A DNA stretch of 64,000 bases. It comes from Verrucomicrobiales bacterium (GTDB lineage Bacteria > Verrucomicrobiota > Verrucomicrobiia > Limisphaerales > UBA9464). Below are positions 38,926 to 50,913 of this stretch, one piece after another (within the stretch, counting starts at the first letter, position 1; the number at the start of each line of letters is the position of its first letter). Both the position numbers and the translations under genes were made by a program. The DNA is taken from the NCBI GenBank assembly GCA_016793645.1, contig JAEUHD010000212.1, positions 37 to 64,036 on the forward strand, written 5' to 3'. The notes under the pieces are model-generated. The model did no database searches. It worked only from the letters and a program-made list of their open reading frames with translations, and was not told where the DNA came from.

Positions 38926-40287
38926 TCAACGCGCCGACAGGTCGTAACAGGCAATCTCCCGGTCATTCCGCAGGTAGATGCGGCGGTTCGCGAACGCGGG
39001 ATGGCTCCACACTACAGGACGGCCCGGATCCCGGTTGATGGGATCAATCACGTGCGCCCGACTGATCTCCGTGTAACCCGCTGGCGACAGGCGGGCGATG
39101 ATCAGATCGCCGGTCTCGCTCATCAGGAACCACCGCTCCCCGTTTTTCACCACGAAGCAATTGCCCCATCGCTCCGACTTGCCCGCGGTCGGCGCAAAGG
39201 TTTCCCAAAGACGCTCACCGTTCCCCAGCTTCATGCACCGGAATTGTCCGTAGCTGCACGGCCCGTACACGTAGTCCCCTTCGACCCACGGCGTGGCCAT
39301 CGTGCAATTCAGATTCACCGTGTCCCGCTCACTCTGCTTCGCCGTCTTCCAGGCCACCACGGGCGTTTCCCGACCCGGCTCAAATCGCAGCCGCATGGAA
39401 CCATTGTAAAAGCAGGTGAGGAACAGCCCGTCCGGAAGCACCCGGGGTGTCGCGATCGCCATGCCGTAGTTCAACTTCCAGGGTTCGGTCCAGAGCACCC
39501 GCCCCGTCTCCGGATCGAGTCCGTTCACGGCTTCCGCATGCCAGAGGATGAGCTGTCGGCGCCCGCCAACCTCCGCGATGACCGGGGGACAGTATCCCGG
39601 CTCCTTGGCCGACAACGACCGCCAGAGTTCCTTCCCGGTGTCCTTGTCGAAGGCGACCGCGACACTTCCCTCCCCGCCGACGACACAGATCAGACGGTTG
39701 CCATCAAGGAGCGGGTGCGCGGACACGCCCCAGGTCGGCACCTTCAGGCCGAAGTCGGCGACAAAATCACGGGACCATATCAACCGCCCGTTCGAGGCCT
39801 CCTGGCACGCGAGGTGACCCATGGTTCCCAGGGTGTACACCCGGCCACCGGACACCAGCGGGGTCGTCCTCGGCCCCGCCGCATAACTGACCGTATATGG
39901 ACTCACGTAATCCCGCGTCCAAACCGTGCCGCCATTGGACGCATCCAAACAGAGAACCCGTTCCTTTCCCGGAATCGTGGACGCGTCGAACGGGCTCTTC
40001 GGTTTCGGCGACCCCTCGTCCACCGAACGATCCATCACATACAGCCGATTCCCGACGACCGCCGGACCGGAGTAGCCGGCTCCGATCGGAACCTGCCAGA
40101 CGCGTGGGGGTCCACCCGCGGGGAAGGTTTCCACAATCCCGGTTTCCCGCCAGTGGCCGTCCCGCTTCGGTCCAAGCCACTGGGGCCAATCCTCGGATCG
40201 GGCAACCTCAAGGGATCCCCACACCATCACCATCAGGGCGATGAAACCCGCGCGCCGTTCGCGTCCACTGCACCAGCCAAAACTCAT
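38926..40287 (-). CDS. PQQ-binding-like beta-propeller repeat protein, secreted
   Basis: Start reset to MSFGWCSGRERRAGFIALMVMVWGSLEVARS (cat at 40285-40287). It has DWPQWLGP and propeller repeats. It is a paralog of 7706..8914. Confidence 0.8.
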   Translation of the reverse strand: MSFGWCSGRERRAGFIALMVMVWGSLEVARSEDWPQWLGPKRDGHWRETGIVETFPAGGPPRVWQVPIGAGYSGPAVVGNRLYVMDRSVDEGSPKPKSPFDASTIPGKERVLCLDASNGGTVWTRDYVSPYTVSYAAGPRTTPLVSGGRVYTLGTMGHLACQEASNGRLIWSRDFVADFGLKVPTWGVSAHPLLDGNRLICVVGGEGSVAVAFDKDTGKELWRSLSAKEPGYCPPVIAEVGGRRQLILWHAEAVNGLDPETGRVLWTEPWKLNYGMAIATPRVLPDGLFLTCFYNGSMRLRFEPGRETPVVAWKTAKQSERDTVNLNCTMATPWVEGDYVYGPCSYGQFRCMKLGNGERLWETFAPTAGKSERWGNCFVVKNGERWFLMSETGDLIIARLSPAGYTEISRAHVIDPINRDPGRPVVWSHPAFANRRIYLRNDREIACYDLSAR

Positions 40288-40529
40288 GAACTCCACAACA
40301 ACCGATGCAGGGACAAATTCAAGCCCCGCGGAGCCGGAATCGTCCCCGATCCCGTTTCCCCGGACAGCCCTCGCCTCCCCGCATCTTGGGAGTGAACCCC
40401 GCCCTTCCGGAAGCCCTTGTCCCGTTCCCACTCCAACCGACGGTCGATCCCGGTGAGTTTCTCATTGACCGCGCCAATCCCCGGAGAAGGGTGGGCGGCA
40501 AACTTCCTCGATCCCTCACCCCCTGATCG

Positions 40530-41276
40530 ATGCATATCCGTGCGCTTCGAGACATGCCCCGCAACTCCCGGCGGGGCTTCACCCTGATCGAACTGCTCGT
40601 GGTGATTGCCATCATCGCCATCCTGGCCGGCATGCTCCTTCCGGCGCTGGCCAAGGCCAAGGCGAAGGCCAACCAGGCCTACTGCCTCAACAGCACACGC
40701 CAGATCGGCATCGCCGTGTCGCTTTATGGGGGTGACTACCGGCAGCGGATCCCATTGTGCCGAAATTGGGGAAAAAACTGGGGGGCGGACCATGCGCTTC
40801 GTAATGACCCGGTCTGGATGCCGGAGATCCTCGCCCCCTACATCGGTACCAACACCTCAAAACCGACCACCAACGAGACCACCGCCGCAAAGTACAAGCC
40901 GCGCCAGGGAATCTACTCCTGCCCGGTCGCCCTCCGCGTAAAACTCAAGGCGGGCACCCCGGGGTCCGGGTTCACCGATGACAAGTTCTTCGGCAATGAC
41001 GGGGTCACCTACGTGTGGAACCACATCTATCTGCTGCGGAACCGGTCCGGATACGACGTCGCCCATCCCGTCAGCGGACGGAGCGACAGCGCCATCGTCA
41101 ACCCCTCCAAGGCCACCCTCACCTGGGAAATTCCCTACTGGGACGCGAAGACGATGCCCCACAACATCGGCATGAACCTCGTCCTGGCCGACGGCCATTC
41201 CGAGCGGGTCCGTGGCAATCCGAAGGAGGAGGACTGGTGGGCCTACCACAGTCGCGACGGCTGGGAGGCGGATTGA
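40530..41276 (+). CDS. Prepilin-type N-terminal cleavage/methylation domain protein (H-X9-DG / DUF1559-like)
   Basis: [32 protein letters not shown] and a C-terminal LADGHSERV. Confidence 0.85.
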   Translation: MHIRALRDMPRNSRRGFTLIELLVVIAIIAILAGMLLPALAKAKAKANQAYCLNSTRQIGIAVSLYGGDYRQRIPLCRNWGKNWGADHALRNDPVWMPEILAPYIGTNTSKPTTNETTAAKYKPRQGIYSCPVALRVKLKAGTPGSGFTDDKFFGNDGVTYVWNHIYLLRNRSGYDVAHPVSGRSDSAIVNPSKATLTWEIPYWDAKTMPHNIGMNLVLADGHSERVRGNPKEEDWWAYHSRDGWEAD

Positions 41277-41357
41277 AGTCCGCGCCCGGGCCCCAACGAT
41301 CCGTCATTCCCGCCACCGTTTCCGGCAATCGAAAGCCCACCCCCCGCGCAGATCCCC

Positions 41358-44090
41358 CTACCTCTCAGAAACCACGCGCAGAAAGGGGTGGACCGGCTCC
41401 CATTGCCCGGGCGTCGGAATCTCAACAAACCCGTTCGCAGGGATGACGAGGTCCACCGGGCTCCACGTCACGAAATCCGAGGACCCCTCCAGTCGATGCT
41501 TTCCCAAAGGATCGGCCGACAGACCGAACAGGACAAAGTTGGCCTCCCGCCGACGACGTGGAACGAGTGAAAGGACGGGGGCTTCGGAATTCGGATCATC
41601 CACATGCAATTCGCAAGGGTGACTGATCGCCAAACCGTGGCGGTTCCCAACGTGGAGCTCATACGCTCCGGCGTCCGCATCAGAAAACCTGGATACCACC
41701 AACGTTGCGTTGGTCTCTCCGGCAACCGGGTTCCCCAAGCGATACCATTGGAAGGCGAGCGGCGGTTCGCCCGCCGTGACCGCACCCACCACCACCCGCT
41801 GCCCCAATGGGACCGCCCCGGCGGACGAGACTCCCAGAACCCGGGGTTCGAATGCCCCACGGCCCCCTTCCAGTCGTGCGAGTCCCCATCGCTCCTCTCC
41901 GTCAAAACGCCTGAAGTCCCCATAGACGATCATGCTGTCGTCCGGTTGCACGAACAGGGCGCGAACCGGTCTGTCGGCTCCCACGCCCCGCACAAAGGAC
42001 TCGTCCACTGTGCCGTCCGGGTTGAGGCGGATCACCGATGCGGAGGAGACACCGCCGATGCTGCGGAAGGCCCCACCCAGGAGGATCCGCCCCTGGTGAT
42101 CCACCGAGACGGCATTCACAGCCCCATCCACTCTTCCCGGGGAACGAAAACTTGGGTCGGGCGTCCCGTCTTCGGACAGTCGCAGAATGTCGGCATAATG
42201 GGACGGCGTGCCGTCGGCCAGGGAATCCACGGCCAATACCACGCGACCATCCCGCTGAGCGTAGGCAGCCTGAACCCGGGTTCCCGGCGGCAGGGAACTT
42301 CGAAAATTTCGATCCGGATTCAATGTGGGAAGCAACCGGGCCACACCCGGGCTGATCCAGCCGGCAACCCCTGTGAAGGTTCCCCACAGGAGGATTCGGT
42401 CGTCTGCCAGCACCTGCCCGACCGCGCCACCTTGGGGGGTATCCGTTTGAACCGTCCTGGGATGACTGGGATCTTGGGGAGAGACCCGGAACACCTCGTC
42501 CTTCACGACAATTTGCGACAGGTCACTTTGCAATTGATACCCTCGGAGGCTTCGAACCCGCGGACTCGCGATCGCGACGGGTCTCCTGCTTCCGTCGCTT
42601 TCAATCCAGGCCAACCAGCCGGACATGGAATCATGCGCCAGAACGCGACCATCCGGAGTCGCGGAATAGGTCACCGTGTCGTCCTCACGAAGCCAGAGCG
42701 TCAGAGGTCGGTCCAACTCTCCTCCCAAACCCAGAACCGCGGTGCCGGTAACGAACTGGCCATCCACCGACTCAAATTCCGAAGACGCTTTCGGGAATAG
42801 AAGTTTCCCGTCCGGAAATGGAGTCGGACGCGGTGGAGTCACCGACCTCGTCACTTCCGGCGAACGGAACTGCAGAACCTCGTTGGCCGGGGAGAAAAGC
42901 CATGTCGTGTAGCGAAAGCGCCCCTGAGGATCGGAATTCTCGCCGAATCCAGTGGGAGCAACGGAGGTGGCCAGAACCATTAGGTTTTCCCCGGGCGTCC
43001 GGATGACCTCAGGAAAGGGAAAATCCTGAACCAACTCAGGCAATGGGCGGCGGGAGACCGCGATACCCGTTCCATCCAGTTCGACAAGCGCCGCGCGGTG
43101 GGGAGGGCTGGGAGATTCCTGGACGAGGACACGCCAATGCCCCTCGGCAGTAGCCTCGACGCTCGAATAGATCTCCAGACTCGGTTGAAAATTCGGATTT
43201 GCCCGACCACTGGGAAGCAACTGCACCGCCCGGGAGATTCCAACATCCTCTTCCGGGGTAATGTCGAACCCAACCATGAACACGGTACCGTCCGGTCCGA
43301 CCGCCACCCTTCCTGGGAACGTCACGTTCAACTCTGCCGGCGGCTGATAGCCCTGATCCAAGCCGCCCCCGGGCTGGAGTCGCTCCCAACGGGTGCCAAT
43401 GTGCCCCTGCAGTACGCGCTCCTTCGGGATGTATTGCACGGCAATGCGCCCATCCTCCAGAACCCACGCGCCTTCGAACCTGCGGCCGTCGTTGACGGCA
43501 CAGGAAAACGTCGGATCCTCAGTGCCAGTCGGCAGCAACCGCACCAGTTGGTGTTGGCGGCCGTAGAAGGGCTCCGGCAAATCTCGAACCACCAGCAATC
43601 TGCCATCGGGCTGAACCGCCAATAAATGCCAGGCTTCTGCCTCCGATGCCATGGGAAGCCTGAACGCCTCGTCGCGCCGTCCGTCCTCGGTCAAGTGAAG
43701 GATTCCCTTTCGATCTGAGGATCCGGTCCCGTCGTAGGGTGGCGAAAGATACACGTACACTCCGCCATCGGGTTGGGGAAAGACTGCGTTCAGGACGGCG
43801 TTCGTCAGGAATGGCGACGCCACAAAACCGGTATCAATCGTCCCGTCCGAAAAGACCCGCGCCAGACGGCGAACTTCAGTTCCGGAAATGTCGATCACGT
43901 CGGGCGCAACCTCCAACAGCAGCCGGCCATCGGGATACGGGTGAATTCCGTACGGCTGATTTCGTTGCTCGAATCGGGGATGATACGCCGGATCCAACTT
44001 TCCCCCGCCGGCCAGCAATGGCGAACGGGAGAGAATCATCCATCCGGTGAGGGCACCCACCGCCGCAAGCGTGATTCGAAGCCGGAGCAT
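41358..44090 (-). CDS. Secreted delta-60-repeat beta-propeller protein with Ig-like domain
   Basis: Start reset to MLRLRITLAAVGALTGWMIL (cat at 44088-44090). The listed ORF up to 45143 is antisense to the methyltransferase. Repeats have the form DG..D.(S/T)F.......V.A...Q.DG(R/K)I(L/V)..G.F. The Ig unit reads PLAFQWYRLG...ATLVVSRFSDADAGAYELHV. Confidence 0.75.
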   Translation of the reverse strand: MLRLRITLAAVGALTGWMILSRSPLLAGGGKLDPAYHPRFEQRNQPYGIHPYPDGRLLLEVAPDVIDISGTEVRRLARVFSDGTIDTGFVASPFLTNAVLNAVFPQPDGGVYVYLSPPYDGTGSSDRKGILHLTEDGRRDEAFRLPMASEAEAWHLLAVQPDGRLLVVRDLPEPFYGRQHQLVRLLPTGTEDPTFSCAVNDGRRFEGAWVLEDGRIAVQYIPKERVLQGHIGTRWERLQPGGGLDQGYQPPAELNVTFPGRVAVGPDGTVFMVGFDITPEEDVGISRAVQLLPSGRANPNFQPSLEIYSSVEATAEGHWRVLVQESPSPPHRAALVELDGTGIAVSRRPLPELVQDFPFPEVIRTPGENLMVLATSVAPTGFGENSDPQGRFRYTTWLFSPANEVLQFRSPEVTRSVTPPRPTPFPDGKLLFPKASSEFESVDGQFVTGTAVLGLGGELDRPLTLWLREDDTVTYSATPDGRVLAHDSMSGWLAWIESDGSRRPVAIASPRVRSLRGYQLQSDLSQIVVKDEVFRVSPQDPSHPRTVQTDTPQGGAVGQVLADDRILLWGTFTGVAGWISPGVARLLPTLNPDRNFRSSLPPGTRVQAAYAQRDGRVVLAVDSLADGTPSHYADILRLSEDGTPDPSFRSPGRVDGAVNAVSVDHQGRILLGGAFRSIGGVSSASVIRLNPDGTVDESFVRGVGADRPVRALFVQPDDSMIVYGDFRRFDGEERWGLARLEGGRGAFEPRVLGVSSAGAVPLGQRVVVGAVTAGEPPLAFQWYRLGNPVAGETNATLVVSRFSDADAGAYELHVGNRHGLAISHPCELHVDDPNSEAPVLSLVPRRRREANFVLFGLSADPLGKHRLEGSSDFVTWSPVDLVIPANGFVEIPTPGQWEPVHPFLRVVSER

Positions 44091-44285
44091 GGCTGTCTCG
44101 TTGGATCGTCTGTATTCCCAACGGTGACCGATCGGGAACCGGGCCGTGGCCCTCGCCCAAGAACGCAACTGCAATGCCAACAGCCCAACGGAAGATGGGC
44201 CCACTTCAGGAATATCCCTCACCCACAACTTCCCGGGCCATCCCGCTTGGAATTCCCGACGGGAGTTCGTACAAGCGCCGCGACG

Positions 44286-44978
44286 ATGAACACCGGGGAT
44301 CTTCGGATATTTACCGACACCTGGTCCCTGTACGACCGGGTCCTGCTCGGGAACTACATGTTCCACGAGGAGATTTTTCGGGTCGTTGGCGACCTCCTGT
44401 CCACCCGGTGCCGCCCGGGCGAGTTCCGGATTCTCGACCTCGGATGCGGAAATGCACGCCACCTCGCGTCCATCCTCATCGGACGCCCTCCCGCACTCTA
44501 TGCCGGCTACGATCTGTCCGCCTCGGCACTGTGCCAGGCCCGATCCCAACTCGACGCCCTCCCCTGCCCCTCGGATCTCCGCCAGGCCGACTTTCGGGAT
44601 GCGTTTCACACCCTTGCCAATCCATTTGGGGTAATCTTCTCCAGTTTCGCGGTGCATCACCTCTCCTTCGATCAGAAGCAGCAATTCTTCCTCGACGCGC
44701 GGAACCTTCTCGCGCCGGGTGGATTTCTTCTGCTGGTGGACACCAGCCGGGAAGCCGATGAGGACCGGGAGGCCTATCTGCGGAACTATTGCCAATGGGT
44801 GCACGCCGATTGGTCCGCGCTTTCGGCCGGGGACCTCGCCGCCATTGAGGACCACATCCGGAAACGGGATTTCCCCGAAACCAGCGCCGCCATTCAAACC
44901 ATGGCGGCGTCCGCGGGTTTCCGCCGCTCGGCGGTGGTGGCCCGGTACCGATGGCATCGCACCTGGCTGTTGGAGTGA
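44286..44978 (+). CDS. Class I SAM-dependent methyltransferase
   Basis: Start reset to MNTGDLRIFTD. Contains ILDLGCGNARH (motif I) and LAPGGFLLLVD. Confidence 0.8.
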   Translation: MNTGDLRIFTDTWSLYDRVLLGNYMFHEEIFRVVGDLLSTRCRPGEFRILDLGCGNARHLASILIGRPPALYAGYDLSASALCQARSQLDALPCPSDLRQADFRDAFHTLANPFGVIFSSFAVHHLSFDQKQQFFLDARNLLAPGGFLLLVDTSREADEDREAYLRNYCQWVHADWSALSAGDLAAIEDHIRKRDFPETSAAIQTMAASAGFRRSAVVARYRWHRTWLLE

Positions 44979-45157
44979 TCGAATGAAACCAACGACGGGT
45001 CCGACGGGTCGTGGAGAGTGACGATCCGGTCGGACGCTGTCGGGCTCCCTGAGGTACCCAAATCGACCGGCGCGAAGCCTTGACGGATGAAACACATCCC
45101 CGGATAGTCCGCCGCTCGTTTCTGGACTCCGGGACAGTGCCACCGGTGGCCTTTGCT

Positions 45158-47170
<2,013 letters not shown>

Positions 47171-47213
47171 AGGCAGAAGGCTGAGCGGGACGGGACCGCT
47201 TTCGTTTTCCACA

Positions 47214-47248
47214 CCGCCGGACGCTTCCCGTCCGGCGGTTTCCGATTT
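47214..47248. terminator. Bidirectional intrinsic terminator between convergent rpoD and the CBM48 gene
   Basis: CCGCCGGACG-cttcc-CGTCCGGCGG is followed by TTTCCGATTT. Confidence 0.55.
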
Positions 47249-47262
47249 GGACCTCAGCCCCT

Positions 47263-47538
47263 TCAGCTCACCGGCATGAGGGAGACGCGCTGATTCTGGT
47301 CGTTGCGGGTGATGCCCTGGGCCCGGGGATCCAGCGTCAGGGCGCCATCCACCAGGAACGCATACCGGTGGTGCCCCGGCTTGAAGTCCACGGTGATGGT
47401 CCACGCCTTGTCGGGACCCTGGCGCATCGGATGCGCCTGCGGATTCCATCCGTTGAAATCCCCCACCAGGCTCACCGCCTGGGCCTGGGGCGCCATGCAC
47501 AAAAAGTTGATCGGCTTGATCGTCGTCCGTGGGGTCAT
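47263..47538 (-). CDS. Stand-alone CBM48 / isoamylase early-set (glycogen-binding-like) domain protein
   Basis: FLCMAPQAQAVSLVGDFNGWN...W.ITVDFKPGHHRYAFLVDG. Confidence 0.75.
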   Translation of the reverse strand: MTPRTTIKPINFLCMAPQAQAVSLVGDFNGWNPQAHPMRQGPDKAWTITVDFKPGHHRYAFLVDGALTLDPRAQGITRNDQNQRVSLMPVS

Positions 47539-47589
47539 GAAAAGTCGTATCCTGGAATCTTGAGTCGGCGGGGTCGCGTTCGGTTTCGT

Positions 47590-48543
47590 TCAGGTTAGAA
47601 GATTCTGCAGCAGCGTCTGCGCGGTGCGCCGGACGATCTCCGACTGGCGCTCCAGATCCCGGTAGCGCGCGATCCAGCCCGGATCCGACTCGTGCCGGGC
47701 CCGCCAGAGGGTCTTGAGCACCCGCTCAGTGCGCTCCACCTGCTGGAGGGCGGAAGCGAGGGTCTCGCCCCCGTCGTGGAGGTCCGTGATCTGCCCGACA
47801 CAGAACCGGCTGATGCGCTTCTGCTGAAAGACCGCATGCAGCAAGGTGACCATGGTTTGCTCATACGCAAACCACCGCTGGCGCAAAATGTGACCCAGGA
47901 ACTCATGCCGGATGGCAAAGAACTCCGACCGGGGACGCTCCGTGTACTCACGAATTTCCTGCGCCTCCCGGGGAAACCACGTGTACAGGAGCGCGAAGGT
48001 TCCGTAGGTGTCGATGAGCTGCTTCGGGTTGTTGTGGTCCGTGGTGATCTCCCCCACGCAAAAGTCCTGGTCGAGATCGAGCAGGATCTCCGGAAGATCA
48101 TGCAGACGGCTCAGCACCTCCTGACCCACCTGGGAGCCGTAGTTGAAGTCCCCGGGAATCAGCCAGTAGACATCGTCGGAATCCCCGCGGTCATAGGCCT
48201 GTCCCAGGCCCGAATACCACATCTGGCAGGTGTCCACACACCACGCATCCAGGATCTCCGAATGCACCCCCACGGTTTCCGCGCGAAATCCGGCGTACGC
48301 CGCATTGCCCGCCATGGAATGGTGGGTCTTGCGATCCACCACGGTGACGGGACGCGCATACGTCGCCGGCTCCGCCGCCAGTTCCGCGATCCACCGGTAC
48401 AGGCGATCCAGGTGGGAAAGATCGGCGGGATGACGGAAGGGGTAGATGACCACCGGATGAATTCGCCCTCGCGGCCGGGATGCGGACCGGGCCTGGGACG
48501 CGGCGGCACGAGCCGGGACGCGACGGACGGAGGACTTCTTCAT
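47590..48543 (-). CDS. Conserved-looking hypothetical protein (317 aa), family not recognised
   Basis: Start reset to the ATG MKKSSVRR (cat at 48541-48543). It has normal protein composition and sits 51 nt upstream of the CBM48 gene on the same strand. Confidence 0.6.
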   Translation of the reverse strand: MKKSSVRRVPARAAASQARSASRPRGRIHPVVIYPFRHPADLSHLDRLYRWIAELAAEPATYARPVTVVDRKTHHSMAGNAAYAGFRAETVGVHSEILDAWCVDTCQMWYSGLGQAYDRGDSDDVYWLIPGDFNYGSQVGQEVLSRLHDLPEILLDLDQDFCVGEITTDHNNPKQLIDTYGTFALLYTWFPREAQEIREYTERPRSEFFAIRHEFLGHILRQRWFAYEQTMVTLLHAVFQQKRISRFCVGQITDLHDGGETLASALQQVERTERVLKTLWRARHESDPGWIARYRDLERQSEIVRRTAQTLLQNLLT

Positions 48544-48801
48544 GGCGGACAGGGAGGCTTGCAATCGTACACGGTGGCCGATTCGCGGCCGGAACGGGGA
48601 GATTCTGGTCCCACGTTCGGCACCTCACAATCCCGAAAGTGGATTTTGGTCCACCGTGGATCGCGGATGCGGGAACGTGCGCCGGTTCCGATCGGGTAGC
48701 CGCCGAGGGAACGACGCGCTGATTTCCCAATCCGTCGGAACACCCCAAGCCGCCGTCCCGCAACAGCGCACCGAAGCCCCAGAATGCGCCTCCTCCCGTC
48801 G

Positions 48802-48825
48802 GCGGCTACGAGCCCACGTAGCCGC
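48802..48825 (-). terminator. Perfect 9-bp GC hairpin 23 nt downstream of the rfbB stop (no U-tract)
   Basis: GCGGCTACG-agccca-CGTAGCCGC. Confidence 0.35.
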
Positions 48826-48847
48826 GTTCGTCTCAACATCCCGCCCG

Positions 48848-49882
48848 CTACGGATGGGACCGGGACGCCATCTCCGCGCGCACCTCGTCCATCCACGAGC
48901 TGTGGTCGAGATACCACTGCAAGGTTTCGCGAATCCCCCGCTCAAAGGTGTAGGCGGGCTTCCAGCCAAGCTCCCGTTCAATCTTCCCGGCATCGATGGC
49001 ATACCGCCGGTCGTGCCCGGGACGGTCCGCTACGAACGTGATCAGCCGGCGGGAATTCCGTCCCAGGTCCGGACGCAATTCATCGATGCGGTCACACAGT
49101 TCCTCCACCAACCGGAGGTTCGCCCGCTCGTTGTGTCCGCCGATGTTGTACACCTCGCCGTCCCGTCCGCGGGTCAGCACCTGCCAGAGCGCCTCGCAAT
49201 GATCCCGCACGAACAGCCAGTCCCGCACGTGGAGTCCGTCCCCGTACACCGGAATGGGCTGGCGGGAGAGCAGGCTCTGGATCACGACCGGAATCAGCTT
49301 CTCCGGCAACTGCCGCGGACCGTAATTGTTGGAGCAATTGGTCGTGACCACCGGAAACCCGTAGGTGTGGAAATAGGCCCGGGCGATGAGGTTCGCGGAC
49401 GCCTTGGTGGCGGAATACGGGGAGTTCGGCGCATACGGGGTCTCCTCGCTGAAGTATCCGGTCGGGCCCAGGGATCCATAGACCTCATCGGTGCTCACCA
49501 GGTGAAACCGGCGGGGACCGGACGCCCCCGTCCAGGCGGCGCGGCAGGACTCCAGCAGGTTGAAGGTGCCGACAATATTGGTGGTGACGAAATTCCCGGG
49601 GCCGCGAATGGAGCGGTCCACATGCGACTCCGACGCCAGATGCAGCACGTGGGTGATTCCGTGTTGAGCCAGCACGCGATCCACCGCAGCACGATCCCGA
49701 AGATCGACGGCTTCGAACACATAGCGCGGGTGTCCCGCGATCGCCCGCAGATTCGCCACATGCCCCGCGTAGGTCAGGCAGTCGAGGTTCACCAATCGCC
49801 CGATGCCCGGGCGGTCAATGATGTGCTCGATGAGGTTCGAACCGATGAATCCGGCGCCGCCGGTGACAAGAAGGTTCATCAT
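48848..49882 (-). CDS. rfbB: dTDP-glucose 4,6-dehydratase
   Basis: Start reset to MMNLLVTGGAGFIGSN. Contains STDEVYG, YSATKA and PGHDRRYAID. Confidence 0.93.
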   Translation of the reverse strand: MMNLLVTGGAGFIGSNLIEHIIDRPGIGRLVNLDCLTYAGHVANLRAIAGHPRYVFEAVDLRDRAAVDRVLAQHGITHVLHLASESHVDRSIRGPGNFVTTNIVGTFNLLESCRAAWTGASGPRRFHLVSTDEVYGSLGPTGYFSEETPYAPNSPYSATKASANLIARAYFHTYGFPVVTTNCSNNYGPRQLPEKLIPVVIQSLLSRQPIPVYGDGLHVRDWLFVRDHCEALWQVLTRGRDGEVYNIGGHNERANLRLVEELCDRIDELRPDLGRNSRRLITFVADRPGHDRRYAIDAGKIERELGWKPAYTFERGIRETLQWYLDHSSWMDEVRAEMASRSHP

Positions 49883-49962
49883 GCAATGGCCGGGGGCATT
49901 CTTCACCGCAATTGGGCGGCGGTCCATCGCCATGTCCGGCCTGCCGGAGGCCCCGAATCCCC

Positions 49963-50820
49963 TCAACCAAGGCTCTTCTCCAGGTGCGTCCGGTATTCAC
50001 ACCGGGGCATGCCGGCCGCGACCGCTGCCATCGTCTCGCGGGTGATCCAGCCGGATCGGAATGCCGCGAGCTCCGGACACCCAATCCGAATTCCCCGGGC
50101 TTCCTCGGCCTTTTGAACCGCCACCGACGCCTCGTGCAGACTGGAGCTCGTCCCGGCATCGAGGCAAAGCGTACCCGGCGGCAGGCGCCGCACCGTCAAT
50201 TGCCCGCGCCGGAGATACTCCCGGTTCACGTCGGTGATCTCCAACTCACCGCGCGGACCCGGACGCATCCCGCGCGCGATCTCCACAACCGAGGCGTCGT
50301 ACAGGTAAATTCCCGGGACCGCCCATTCGCTCCGCGGGTTCAAGGGCTTCTCCTCGAGAGCCACCGGGTTCCCGGCGGAATCCAATTCCACCACCCCGTA
50401 ACGCTCGGGGTCCGGCACGGACAGTCCAAAGACCGTCGCCCCTCCGGCGAAACGACGAACCGACTCCCGCAGCGGCTCGGAATCCAACAGCAGGTTGTCC
50501 CCAAGGATCAGCACCACCGGATCGTCTCCGACGAAATCCGCAGCAATCCGGAACGCCTGCGCGATGCCGTCCGGACGCGCCTGCTCGCGATACTCCAGTC
50601 GCACTCCGAAGCGGGAGCCGTCCCCGAGCAGCTCCCGGAATCGGGGAAGGTCGGCGGGGGTTGAAATGAGACAAATCTCCCGGATGCCCGACTCGATCAG
50701 GTTGGTGAGCGGGTAGTAAACCATCGGCTTGTCGTACACCGGCTGAAGCTGTTTGGAGGCCACGAGGGTCAGCGGATACAGTCGCGACCCCGCGCCCCCG
50801 GCCAGGAGAATGCCTCTCAT
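49963..50820 (-). CDS. rfbA: Glucose-1-phosphate thymidylyltransferase
   Basis: MRGILLAGGAGSRLYPLT..SKQL.PVYDKPM.YYPL. An alternative ATG lies at 50832. Confidence 0.93.
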   Translation of the reverse strand: MRGILLAGGAGSRLYPLTLVASKQLQPVYDKPMVYYPLTNLIESGIREICLISTPADLPRFRELLGDGSRFGVRLEYREQARPDGIAQAFRIAADFVGDDPVVLILGDNLLLDSEPLRESVRRFAGGATVFGLSVPDPERYGVVELDSAGNPVALEEKPLNPRSEWAVPGIYLYDASVVEIARGMRPGPRGELEITDVNREYLRRGQLTVRRLPPGTLCLDAGTSSSLHEASVAVQKAEEARGIRIGCPELAAFRSGWITRETMAAVAAGMPRCEYRTHLEKSLG

Positions 50821-50913
50821 CGTCGAGCCCATCCTACGAATGGCGGCACAAATGGAAAGGATCGTGCGTCCCCCTCCCGTCCAAAGAGGTTGCCCCCAGG
50901 CTGGTCCCGGAGA

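Noticed and set aside
44091-45143. N-terminal 351 aa of listed ORF 41358..45143 (minus strand)
   Set aside because: It overlaps the plus-strand SAM methyltransferase and the rpoD upstream region. A signal peptide starts at the internal ATG (44090). Similar over-extensions were trimmed for 7706..9022, 16958..19744, 38184..38966, 38926..40431, 48848..49966, 20397.., 25369.., 28642.., 43773.., 52635.. and 53545..
48565-48847. Possible small ORF or RiPP-like peptide in the 280-nt spacer after rfbB (part of listed ORF 48540..48917, minus strand)
   Set aside because: The translation is extremely Arg/Gly-rich (MLRRTRLRGLVAADGRRRILGLR...). No convincing RBS or start context is present, and no adjacent maturation enzymes are found. 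It is more likely non-coding spacer DNA with a terminator hairpin.
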